Position numbers and translations under genes: made by a program. This document shows positions 55,663 to 64,000 of a DNA stretch of 64,000 bases, in pieces (position 1 is the first letter of the stretch; each line of letters starts with the position of its first letter). The notes below the pieces were generated by a model. The model searched no databases and had not been told where the DNA came from. It was given only the letters and a program-made list of their open reading frames with translations. This stretch comes from an uncultured delta proteobacterium (lineage in GTDB: Bacteria; Myxococcota_A; Polyangia; Fen-1088): contig CAVYGB010000006.1 of NCBI GenBank assembly GCA_963767925.1, positions 64,001 to 128,000 on the forward strand, given 5' to 3'.

Positions 55663-57054
55663 TCACGCGATCTCTCCGGTGTTCATGCGGCTGGGGCTGG
55701 CGGCGGAGGCCACCTCGGCGGCCAGGAACGAGCTGGCCATGAGCTGGCTGACGTCGCGAAAGTGCAGGGGCTTGACCCAGACGGCGTCGAAGCCGGCGGC
55801 GGCGAGCTGGTCGATGCGGGCGGGAGCGTGCCGCTCGAGCACCGCCGCCAGCGAGGTGTTGGCGAGCTGCTCGCTGCGCCGGATCTGGCGAGCCAGCTCG
55901 GCGATGTCGAGGGCGGTCCCCTCGGGGTTGAGCATCACCAGGCAGGGGCGGTCACGATGGATGGCGGCCAGCGGGTCGGGCTCGGCCGACAGGTCGTGCA
56001 CGGCGACCGGATCAGGGCGCCGGCGCAGCAGGGTCTGCAGCACCTCGTGCACCCCCTGCCGGTCGGGGTCCAGCACGGCGAGGGTGCGGGCGGTGGCGGC
56101 GATCGAGGGGCGCAGGGTGTGGCGCGGCTGCACCAGCTCCACCTTCGCCAGGCGGGCCAGGATCCGCCCCACCTCCCGGGGGGCCAGGGCGGTCCGCTCG
56201 GCGACCGCCCGCAGCGGCGTGCGGCCGTCGACAACGGTGAGCACCCGCTGCTCGCTGGCCGAGAGCTGCAGCAGGCGCAGCTTGCCCGAGAAGCCCAGGC
56301 CCCGTTCGTAGACCAGGTCGATCTCGGTGAGCGGTGGCTCGCTGCCGTTCCAGACGCTCGGCCGCCGCAGCAGCTCGAGCTCGCGCTGCAGCGCCGTCGA
56401 CTCGCCGGCCTGCCCCCGGGGATCGCCGGCGGCCGCCGCCTCGAGGGCGGCCCGGCACAGGGGGGCCAGGTCGGAGAGGAGCCCCTCGACGACCTCGGGG
56501 GTGAGCAGCTTGCGGGCGAAGAAGGGCGCCGCCGGGTTGTCGCCCCGCTCGGCCGCCCAGTCGGGCAGCCGCTCGAGCTGCCGGCGCAGCCGGGCGTAGA
56601 TGATGCGGGCGGCCGCCTCCTTGAGCTTGAAGGAGGGATCGGCGGCCGGGGCGGGCGCCTCGACGCGGGTGGAGGGGCGGAGGGTCGGGGAGGTGTCGGC
56701 CTTGCTGGCGGCCTGCACCCGGGCGATGAGGTCTTCTCTGGTGAAGGGCTTGGCCAGGTAGCCGACCACCTGGGAAAACCCGCGCAGCTCCTCGCGGATG
56801 GCGGCGCTCCTGGACGAGACGAGCACCACCGGCACCCGGGACGAGCGCGGATCGCCGGCCAGCCGGCGGCACACGTCGGGGGCCTTCATGTCGGGCAACA
56901 CGTAGTCCAGCAGCATCACGTCCGGGGCCGAGAGGGCCCGGGTCACCGCCTCGCCGCCGGTGGCGGCGAACTCGAGCGACCAGGGGGTGTTGCGGAAGGA
57001 GATCTCCGCGAGCTTCCGGATGGTAGCGCTGTCATCGGCGACGAGGAGGCGCAC
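55663..57054 (-). CDS. response regulator: REC + central domain + degenerate C-terminal REC
   Basis: LLVADD, LLDYVLP, AKPF; EQRVLTVVDGRTPLRAVA; C-terminal LVMLNP...VWVKPL. Confidence 0.85.
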   Translation of the reverse strand: MRLLVADDSATIRKLAEISFRNTPWSLEFAATGGEAVTRALSAPDVMLLDYVLPDMKAPDVCRRLAGDPRSSRVPVVLVSSRSAAIREELRGFSQVVGYLAKPFTREDLIARVQAASKADTSPTLRPSTRVEAPAPAADPSFKLKEAAARIIYARLRRQLERLPDWAAERGDNPAAPFFARKLLTPEVVEGLLSDLAPLCRAALEAAAAGDPRGQAGESTALQRELELLRRPSVWNGSEPPLTEIDLVYERGLGFSGKLRLLQLSASEQRVLTVVDGRTPLRAVAERTALAPREVGRILARLAKVELVQPRHTLRPSIAATARTLAVLDPDRQGVHEVLQTLLRRRPDPVAVHDLSAEPDPLAAIHRDRPCLVMLNPEGTALDIAELARQIRRSEQLANTSLAAVLERHAPARIDQLAAAGFDAVWVKPLHFRDVSQLMASSFLAAEVASAASPSRMNTGEIA

Positions 57055-58149
57055 TCAGCGCACCTCCAGGATGAGCGCGCAGGCCGAGGCGCTCTGGCCC
57101 CGCCAGCGGGCGGCGATTGTCTCCAGGATGGCCGGCCCGCCGTCGACGGCCGCCTCGCCCAGATCGGAGGGGATCTGGCCGGCGACGCCGGGGTGGGCGG
57201 CCGACTGGGCCCACTCGGCCGCGCCGGGCGGTAGAACGATCACGACGTCGCCGCTGCTGGCGGGCAGGCGCAGGCAGCGGCCGGGGCTGGCGGCCGCGGT
57301 GAGGCCGAGGTCCCACCAGGGGGGCAGTCGCTGGGTCGAGAAGAGCCAGAGCCGCCCGGGCAGGCCCGGCCAGTAGACCAGCCACTCGTTGCCGTCGGCG
57401 CTCAGGAACAGCAGGCCGGCGCTGTCGCCGAGGGCGTCGCCGAGCTGGGCCCCCAGGGTCTCGGCGTCACCGCCCGACAGCACGATGTCCGCCGCCTCGG
57501 TGCACAGCTCACCGATCTGATCGGGCGCGGGCGGCGCGTCCGGCGCGGGGACCAGGACAGTCAGACCGCGGCCCTCTTCCAGCAGGGCGGGCGGGTGCGG
57601 CCCCGGCCCCTGGGTGCGAGGTCCCTGCCGGGTCAACGCCCCCACCCAGTAGGCCGACTGCTGGTGCTGGTGCACGGTCTGCAGGGCGGAGGTGGCCTCG
57701 CCGATCAGCGAGGTCCGCTCCTCCTCGCCCCGCTCGGCGCCGGGCGGGGCCAGCATGAGCCGCAGCCGGCTGGCGATCCGCCGGACCGAAAACGGCGGCT
57801 CGATCAGGTTGACCCGGCCGTTCTGCAGGCTGACCATCGGCCGCACCAGCGACTCCCGGCACAGCAGCAGCAGGGAGGCGCCCGGCCGCTCGCGCGTGCA
57901 CAGCCGCAGCAGATCCTCGGGGATCTGGCGTTCGCCCGAGGCGAGCGCGCCGAGCACGGCCAGCGGCTGGAGAGCGATCCCCGGCGGCAGCTCCGGCAGC
58001 GGCGCCTCGCCGTCCCAGGGCACCGCGATCGCGCCGGCCCGCAGGCAGGCCTCGCGCGCGTCGGACAGCGCTCCGTCCAGGTTGCGGGTGGCGATGATGA
58101 CCGCCCGGGCGGGGCGTCCCTCCCGCTCGTCGAGGGCGGCCGCGCTCAT
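57055..58149 (-). CDS. hypothetical protein in the chemosensory operon (possible pseudo-REC plus degenerate PP2C-like domain)
   Basis: ATGA-coupled to the upstream gene and abuts the downstream gene; LIEPPFSVRRIASRL; GDVVIVLPPG. Confidence 0.65.
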   Translation of the reverse strand: MSAAALDEREGRPARAVIIATRNLDGALSDAREACLRAGAIAVPWDGEAPLPELPPGIALQPLAVLGALASGERQIPEDLLRLCTRERPGASLLLLCRESLVRPMVSLQNGRVNLIEPPFSVRRIASRLRLMLAPPGAERGEEERTSLIGEATSALQTVHQHQQSAYWVGALTRQGPRTQGPGPHPPALLEEGRGLTVLVPAPDAPPAPDQIGELCTEAADIVLSGGDAETLGAQLGDALGDSAGLLFLSADGNEWLVYWPGLPGRLWLFSTQRLPPWWDLGLTAAASPGRCLRLPASSGDVVIVLPPGAAEWAQSAAHPGVAGQIPSDLGEAAVDGGPAILETIAARWRGQSASACALILEVR

Positions 58150-58613
58150 CGCGGGGCCTCGGTCCCCAGCGCCACCAGCATGGCCGCCACGTCGATCCAG
58201 GCGAGGGTGCGTCCGTTGCTGGTGCTGGCCTTGCCGATCCAGGGGGGCAGGTCCAGCCCCGGCACCGACACCCGCGGCTCCAGCGTCGCCTCGACGAACG
58301 CGCCGAGCTCGTCCACCTCGAGCGCCCAGGAGACCTCGGTGCCGGCGGTCTCGAGCAAGATCCCCTTGGCCACCCGGGCGACGCCGGTGCGCAGGGGCTC
58401 GGTGGCCCGGCTCAAGGTGACCGACACCAGCGGCCAGTCCTGATGCAATCCCACCCCGGCGATGAAAGGCCGGGCCAGCGGCAGCGCGTAGACCGTGTAT
58501 TCGATGATCTGCCCGACCGTCTCGAAGGGGAGGGCGAGCTCCGCCTTGCCAGCGCGGCAGGCGATACCCCTGACGACCGACCGCCGAAAGGCCCCTTCCC
58601 TCGCTGAGCTCAT
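58146..58613 (-). CDS. CheW-like protein (PilI-like)
   Basis: LALPFETVGQIIE, LPLARPFIAGVG, WALEVDEL, WIDVAAML. Confidence 0.75.
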   Translation of the reverse strand: MSSAREGAFRRSVVRGIACRAGKAELALPFETVGQIIEYTVYALPLARPFIAGVGLHQDWPLVSVTLSRATEPLRTGVARVAKGILLETAGTEVSWALEVDELGAFVEATLEPRVSVPGLDLPPWIGKASTSNGRTLAWIDVAAMLVALGTEAPR

Positions 58614-58641
58614 CGTGAGTTCTCGCCGGATTCCGCGAGAC

Positions 58642-58669
58642 TCATCGGCTTCAAGGGGGCGTCACTTGA
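58642..58669 (-). promoter_or_regulatory. sigma-28 (FliA-type) promoter of the chemosensory operon
   Basis: Minus strand TCAAG-N15-GCCGATGA, about 30 nt upstream of ATG 58613. Confidence 0.65.
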
Positions 58670-58749
58670 TGGCCGCGACGCCAGCGAGGTCACCAGCGGC
58701 AGACTGGATAGGCCGTCTGTGCGCCGATGTGGTCGGACCTGCGGTCACG

Positions 58750-58784
58750 AAACGAAAAAAGGGCCCCAGGTCTCCCCGGGGCCC
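58750..58784 (-). terminator. rho-independent terminator after the DUF1552 gene
   Basis: Minus strand GGGCCCCGG-loop-CTGGGGCCC followed by TTTTTTCGTTT. Confidence 0.85.
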
Positions 58785-58831
58785 TCGCAGGACGCTGCCG
58801 CTGTGGCGGACGTCTGCTGGTCGAGAGCGGT

Positions 58832-60190
58832 CTACCCGCGGCGGATGCCGTTGAGCGGCGCCGGGTAGGGATGGTTCTGGATCCCGAAGGCCCCGGCGAT
58901 GCCGGACATGACGCTGGCCACCCGGTTGCCCGTCCCCGAGACGCAGTTGCCCAGGTTCAGGTAGTTCATCGAACGGCCGCCCGCGAGCATCCAGGGGATG
59001 GCGTTCGAGTTGTGGTTGGCGCCCTCTTCCATGTGGTTGCCGATGAGGACGATGGTGTTGTCGAACAGGCTGCCGCCTGCCTCGGGCACCGCCTTCATCT
59101 GGGTGAACATGGCCGCCCACTGCTCCATGAACCACTTGTCGACGATCCGCTTGTGGTCCACGCCGTCCTGAATCGGGCTATGGCCGAGGTCGTGCCAGTT
59201 GCGGAAGGGGGTCTTGTAGTTGTTCCGGCTGCGCGCGGGGATGCCCGGCACGAAGGCGAAGTTGATGTTGTTGCCCGACGAGTCGCCGGTCTGCAAGGTC
59301 GCCACGTGGGTGATCCCGCACTTCAGCGCCGCCACCATGAGGTTGGTGTGGGCCTTGAGGATCATCGGGTAGCTGGCCCCGTCGTCGATGTTGATCATCC
59401 CCTCGGGCGAGCCCCCGCACTTGCCGTCGGCCGAGGGCGCCGACTGGAGCTGCAGCTCGAGCTCACGCACCGACTGGTGGTGGGCGCCGATGGCCATGCG
59501 GTCCTCGGTGCCGAGACGGCCCTGGAAGTCCTGCAGCGTGCCGCCGACGTAGTCGAGCACGCTCTTCTTCTGGGCCATCAGCCGCTTGACCTCGGCCGGG
59601 TTGGCGTTGGGGTTGCTGTCGCCGCCGGCGAAGATCTGCTTGTAGAGGAGGTAGGGGTCGCCCACCGGGTTGATGGGCTGGCCCTGCCCGGTCCAGAAGC
59701 AGCGGCTGCCACCGGCCGAGGTGGTCGAGCGGGGTGCCCGCTCGAGCTGGATGTGCAGGTGGATCGAGCCGTGGCCGCTGGCCGTCTTCGGCAGGGCCGC
59801 CGCCACGACCTGGTCGACGGTCTTGCCGGTCGGCTCCTTGTACCCGCCCCCGGTGCTGCCGAGGCCGTAATACACGCAGCCGTAGGAGTTGTGGCCGTTG
59901 CCGCTGCCCGGGTTGTTCAGGCCCGGGACGAAGATCATGTCGGACTTGAACGGCTCGAAGGGCTGGGCGGAGAACGGCAGCGCCTGGGTCATCAGGGAGC
60001 CATTGGTCGGCTTCCAGTGCTCCTGGCGCAGGCCCTCCGACATCTGCAGGACGATGAACCGCTTGGGGGCGGCGTCCTGGCCCATGGCGCGGGTCGCCCG
60101 CAGCAGGGGCAGGCAGGCGGCGCCCACCCCGAGACCCTTGAGCAGGTCGCGGCGGGCAAGCTTCCAGTTCTTGGTGTGAACAGCGCTCAT
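58832..60190 (-). CDS. DUF1552-family protein
   Basis: LARRDLLKGLG leader, TVDQ, KSVLD, HHQSVRELE, WHDLGH; ATGA overlap with the upstream gene. Confidence 0.88.
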   Translation of the reverse strand: MSAVHTKNWKLARRDLLKGLGVGAACLPLLRATRAMGQDAAPKRFIVLQMSEGLRQEHWKPTNGSLMTQALPFSAQPFEPFKSDMIFVPGLNNPGSGNGHNSYGCVYYGLGSTGGGYKEPTGKTVDQVVAAALPKTASGHGSIHLHIQLERAPRSTTSAGGSRCFWTGQGQPINPVGDPYLLYKQIFAGGDSNPNANPAEVKRLMAQKKSVLDYVGGTLQDFQGRLGTEDRMAIGAHHQSVRELELQLQSAPSADGKCGGSPEGMINIDDGASYPMILKAHTNLMVAALKCGITHVATLQTGDSSGNNINFAFVPGIPARSRNNYKTPFRNWHDLGHSPIQDGVDHKRIVDKWFMEQWAAMFTQMKAVPEAGGSLFDNTIVLIGNHMEEGANHNSNAIPWMLAGGRSMNYLNLGNCVSGTGNRVASVMSGIAGAFGIQNHPYPAPLNGIRRG

Positions 60191-61935
60191 TGGGAAACCT
60201 CGCCGTCGGAAAGCGTCCGGTGGGTGAAAGACTTGCTCTTCGTCAGGGCGACCATCAGCTCCCGCATGTCGTAGCCGGAAGCCTGGAAGCCGTTGCGCAG
60301 GGCGGACAGCGAGGGGGCCTCGCTGTCGAGCTCGCGGCGGCGGAGGCCGTAGCGGAGCCACTGCTTGGTCATGCAGTCGGCGGTCTCGGGCGCCTTGGCC
60401 AGGCCCTTGACCAGGTCGATGGCGTTCTTGAACCGGATCTCGCCGGAGGCCAGGGTGAGGACCCCGGAGGCGTCGACCGGCCTGCCGTTTTCGGTGGTTC
60501 GGTAGGCCCCGACGGCGTCGTAGTTCTCGAAGGAGAAGCCCACCGGATCCAGGAACTGGTGGCAGCTCTGGGCGCAGGCGCTCTTGCCGTGCACGTCGAA
60601 CCGCTCACGCGTGGTCTGGTTGGGGTTGGGGTCGGCCACCGGCGGAACCTCGAGGGCGTCCGGCACCTTGAGCTCCATGCACAACACACGGTGCAGGAGG
60701 GTGTCGGCTCGCTTGACCGGGTGCGAGTCGCTGGCGTCGGCCTTCATCGCCAGGTAGGCGCCCTGGGTCAGGATGCCGGCCCGCTGGGTCGGGTCGAGCT
60801 CGATCTCCTTGGCCCCCGTCCCGGTGGCGGTGACGCCGTAGAGCTTGGCCAGGCTGGGCTCGACCACCGAGCGGTTCGACGTGAGCAGCATCTCGATGGT
60901 GCCCTTGGCCTGGGGGCCGAAGAACACGCTGTCGACGAAGGCCTTGGTCTCGCTGGCCATCGCCAGGGCGACGTCGGGCGAGTAGTTGGTGAAGGTGTCG
61001 TCCTTCGGCATATCGACCAGGCCGGCGATCTCGAGCCACTGGATGTGGAAGTCGCGGACGGCGTCCTTGGCCTTGTTGTCGGACAGCATGCGCCGGGCCT
61101 CGCTGGCGATCTGCTCGGGCGAGATCAGCCCCCCGGCGGCCGCGGCGTCGAACAGGGCCGCGTCGGGCATCGTCCCCCACAGCAGGTAGGAGAGGCGCGA
61201 GGCCATCTCGTACGAGTTGAAGCGGACCAGCGACCCGTCGCGCAGCGGTTTGTTGGGGCCGAGCTCCCAGTGGTAGAGGAAATACGGCGTCTGCAGCATC
61301 GCGCCCACGACGGTGGCCATCGCCTGCTCGAACGAGGCGCCCATCTCGGGCCCCCGCTGCGCCTGGTACAGCGCCACGAGCTTGTCCTTCTCGCCGGCGC
61401 TGACCGGGCGCCGGAAGGCGCGCAGGCCGAACTGGCTGATGAACTTGTCGGCGCAGGCGTCCTGCTCGCTGCCCCCGGTGGGGATGGGCGTGCAGGGCAG
61501 CAGCGTGGGCAGCTTGCCGAGCGCGGCGCCGACGATCGCCTCGGTGCTGGTCATCAACGCCCGGGCGTCGTTGCCCTTGGTGAGCGCCGAGCCGCGCACG
61601 AACCCGGAGGCGGCCGAGTCCTGATCGGCGGACAGGCCCGCCGTCTTGATGGCGGCGCCGTCGATGCCGAGCAGGTCGCGCAGGGTGTTCTGGTATTCCA
61701 GCAGGGTCAGCTTCCGCAGCGGCGCGGTCCCGGGGACCGTCTGCGAATCGTCGAGCGACCCGGCCGTGGGGTTGACGGGGGCACCCGGACCTGGCGTGGG
61801 GCTCACCCCTGGTGCCGCCGGACCGGAGGGTCCGTTCGGCCCCGACAGGCCTTCCGGGTCACTTATGGCGCCCGTGCAGCCCAGGCCGAGGGCACACGCA
61901 GCGCCCAGGCCGAGCAATCGTTGCGGTCGAGTCAT
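60187..61935 (-). CDS. DUF1592-family lipoprotein
   Basis: LGLGC lipobox, LRKLTLLEYQNTLRDLLG, EMASRLSYLLW, CAQSCH, GFSFENYDAVG; GGAGG RBS. Confidence 0.9.
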   Translation of the reverse strand: MTRPQRLLGLGAACALGLGCTGAISDPEGLSGPNGPSGPAAPGVSPTPGPGAPVNPTAGSLDDSQTVPGTAPLRKLTLLEYQNTLRDLLGIDGAAIKTAGLSADQDSAASGFVRGSALTKGNDARALMTSTEAIVGAALGKLPTLLPCTPIPTGGSEQDACADKFISQFGLRAFRRPVSAGEKDKLVALYQAQRGPEMGASFEQAMATVVGAMLQTPYFLYHWELGPNKPLRDGSLVRFNSYEMASRLSYLLWGTMPDAALFDAAAAGGLISPEQIASEARRMLSDNKAKDAVRDFHIQWLEIAGLVDMPKDDTFTNYSPDVALAMASETKAFVDSVFFGPQAKGTIEMLLTSNRSVVEPSLAKLYGVTATGTGAKEIELDPTQRAGILTQGAYLAMKADASDSHPVKRADTLLHRVLCMELKVPDALEVPPVADPNPNQTTRERFDVHGKSACAQSCHQFLDPVGFSFENYDAVGAYRTTENGRPVDASGVLTLASGEIRFKNAIDLVKGLAKAPETADCMTKQWLRYGLRRRELDSEAPSLSALRNGFQASGYDMRELMVALTKSKSFTHRTLSDGEVSQ

Positions 61936-62203
61936 CGATAAACCTCCGAGCACTTCTTCGATCAGCCGCTGTGATGTGCTGGGCGTTCGAGCGTCATGCG
62001 CGCGATGGGGCCCATTACATGAAGAAGTGACCCTGCCCCCCCTCACCGCTCGCCTTTTTTACGCAAGCCGACAGACATATCCAAAAAGGAATCCGCGAGG
62101 TCCCTTACACCCAGGAGACACGGGTGCGTCCGCGGCGGAGAGCCGGACGGCCTGCTCGGTTGAAACCGATACCACCGCCCCTGCGCAACGTTTTCACAGG
62201 CGC

Positions 62204-63472
62204 TCAACCCTGGGGGCTGAGGTGGGCGAGGGCCTCCTGCAGCAGTTTCTGCGCCTGGGGGAGCGTGGGGGCCTCCGCGGTCAGGCGCAGGATCGGCTCG
62301 CTGTGGGAGGGGCGCACGTGCAACCACCGATCGCCCCAAGAAATTCCGACGCCGTCGGTAAGGTCGAACGCAGCGCCCCGATAGACCTGCCTTAACCAGC
62401 GCAGGGCGGGGGCGACCTCTCGGGCCGGGCAGAGCAAGGTGTCGCGCAGCAGGACGTGGGCGCGCAGGTAGGAGAACCGCTCGCTGAGGGGCGCGCGGGC
62501 GGTGGCGAGCGCCTCGAGCACGAGGGCCATCGCCACGAAGCCGTCGCGGCAGGGGTTGACCGGGAGGAGGATGAGGCCGCCGTCCATCTCGCCGCCGATC
62601 TCGGCGCCCAGCTCGCGCATGCGATCGAGCACCTGGGTCTCGCGCACGGGGGTGCGGGCCACGCTGGCGCCGTGGCGGGCGGCAGCCGCCTCGACCATGC
62701 GGCTGGTGGCGACGCTGACAACCACCGGGCCGGGCCGGCGGCCCAGCCAGTGATCCACGGCGATGGCGACGGTGGCGTCCTCGACCAGCGGCTCGCCCCG
62801 CTCGTCGACGAGGGCCAGGCGATCCCCGTCGGCGTCGGGCCGGAAGCCGACGTCGGCGGGCGCTCCCGGGGCCACCACCTGGCAGCCGAGCGCCGCGAGC
62901 AGCCCGGCGGTGGCGGGCGCAGCAGGGCCTACGCCGCCGTCGACCGCCACCCGCAGACGGCGGGCGGCGATGGCGGCCAGGTCGACGGCGGCGAGCACGG
63001 CGGTGCGGTGCCGCGCGACGGCGCCGCGGTCGCGCCCGACCTGGGGGATGTCGGCGGCGCGCACCCGCGCGTAGACGCCCTGGTGGTAGAGGTCGGTCAG
63101 CTCGGCGGCCTGGTTGGTCCGCAACACACCGCCGTCCGGGCCGATGAAGCGCAGGGCGCTCCAGCCGCGCTTGCCGGGACCGGAGAGGCAGATGGCGCCG
63201 CGCGCGCCCAGCTCGCGCACGGCGAACATCAAGACCGGCAAGGGGACGTGGCCCAGGTCGACCGGCGGGTTGCCCACGCTGAGCAGCCCGGCGAAGGCGG
63301 CCTGAGCGAGCATCTCGGCGCCGGGCCCGGCCGCGCCGCCGACGAGGACGGGGCCCACGCCGCAGTAGTTGCCGAAGGCGGCGGCGAAGGAGGTGACGAG
63401 CTGGGGGGTCAGTGATTCGCCGACCACGCCGCGCACGCCCGAGGCGGTGATCTTCAGGCTGGGGGCGAACAT
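62204..63472 (-). CDS. phosphohexomutase (PGM/PMM) homologue, degenerate active site
   Basis: SGVRGVVG, DADGDR metal loop, GGEMDGG, HVRPSHSEPILR; the TASHNP motif is replaced by SGPGKR. Confidence 0.8.
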   Translation of the reverse strand: MFAPSLKITASGVRGVVGESLTPQLVTSFAAAFGNYCGVGPVLVGGAAGPGAEMLAQAAFAGLLSVGNPPVDLGHVPLPVLMFAVRELGARGAICLSGPGKRGWSALRFIGPDGGVLRTNQAAELTDLYHQGVYARVRAADIPQVGRDRGAVARHRTAVLAAVDLAAIAARRLRVAVDGGVGPAAPATAGLLAALGCQVVAPGAPADVGFRPDADGDRLALVDERGEPLVEDATVAIAVDHWLGRRPGPVVVSVATSRMVEAAAARHGASVARTPVRETQVLDRMRELGAEIGGEMDGGLILLPVNPCRDGFVAMALVLEALATARAPLSERFSYLRAHVLLRDTLLCPAREVAPALRWLRQVYRGAAFDLTDGVGISWGDRWLHVRPSHSEPILRLTAEAPTLPQAQKLLQEALAHLSPQG

Positions 63473-64000
63473 CAGGCCACTCCGTTGCCGGGGGTGCGGC
63501 CGATCGCCGCCCGGGCGTGGTCCACCGCCTCGTCGAGCAGGTCTCGGGCCCGCTCGGCGGTGGCGGCCTCGGCGATGAGGCGGAGCAGCGGCTCGGTGTT
63601 GGAGGCGCGCACGTGCAGCCACCCGTCGAGGAAGGTGACCCGCACCCCGTCGCTGCAGTCGGCGCCCGCCCCGGCGTGGCGGGTGCGGAAGCTCTCGACG
63701 ATACGGTAGACCAGGCTCGGTGGGCAGGGCAGCTCGTGCTTGAAGAGGTGCAGCCGAGGCAGGCGATCGGCGAGCTCGGCCAGGGTGGCGGAGGCGACCG
63801 CCATCTGCTCGAGCACCAGGCCGAGGGTCAAGAAGGCGTCGAAGGTCATCGTGGTGGGCAGGACGGCGACCGAGCCGTTCCCCTCCCCCGCCAGCACGGC
63901 GTTTTCCGCCAGGCCCAGGTCGATGACGTGGCTCTCGCCCACCGGGCTGCGCAGGACCGGCTGTCCGGCCGAGCGGGCCACCCCCTCGACCATGTTCGAG
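63472..64000 (-). CDS. phosphohexomutase (PGM/PMM) family protein, C-terminal part (runs off window end)
   Basis: PVGE, AGEGNG, DGVRV, HVRASNTEPLLRLIAE; TGATG overlap with the downstream gene. Confidence 0.88.
   Translation of the reverse strand, partial: SNMVEGVARSAGQPVLRSPVGESHVIDLGLAENAVLAGEGNGSVAVLPTTMTFDAFLTLGLVLEQMAVASATLAELADRLPRLHLFKHELPCPPSLVYRIVESFRTRHAGAGADCSDGVRVTFLDGWLHVRASNTEPLLRLIAEAATAERARDLLDEAVDHARAAIGRTPGNGVA

Overview
Very high-GC bacterial chromosome segment. The gene content (four DUF1592/DUF1552-type loci, a PEGA-like secreted protein, a DUF4388 regulator, Ser/Thr kinase signalling, a myxobacterial-type RAYT) points to Myxococcota, by inference. Housekeeping and common genes: hemH, hflX, tmk, xth, PolX/PHP, two signal peptidase I homologues, SNF2 helicase, flippase and two PGM/PMM homologues. 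There is also a 10-gene Pil/Chp-like chemosensory operon with an embedded Ser/Thr kinase and a sigma-28-like promoter. The most striking locus is 13525-14187 (-), a 220-aa ORF built from ten 20-aa cassettes (NKSGLVVRSGIKAGLAGMNH). Its DNA copies differ only at silent positions in that frame. It has its own sigma-54 promoter, an upstream perfect palindrome and a long downstream hairpin, and lies directly behind a B12-dependent radical SAM gene: a candidate multi-core RiPP or peptide-signal system. Other notable items: a signal peptidase I homologue lacking both catalytic residues, a PGM/PMM paralogue lacking its phospho-serine, a tandem CTAG-flanked MITE at the hemH stop codon, and a head-on MMPL/glycosyltransferase truncation junction. 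Frameshifts in polX and xth look like long-read consensus errors. All family assignments come from motif recognition by eye; no database searches were run.
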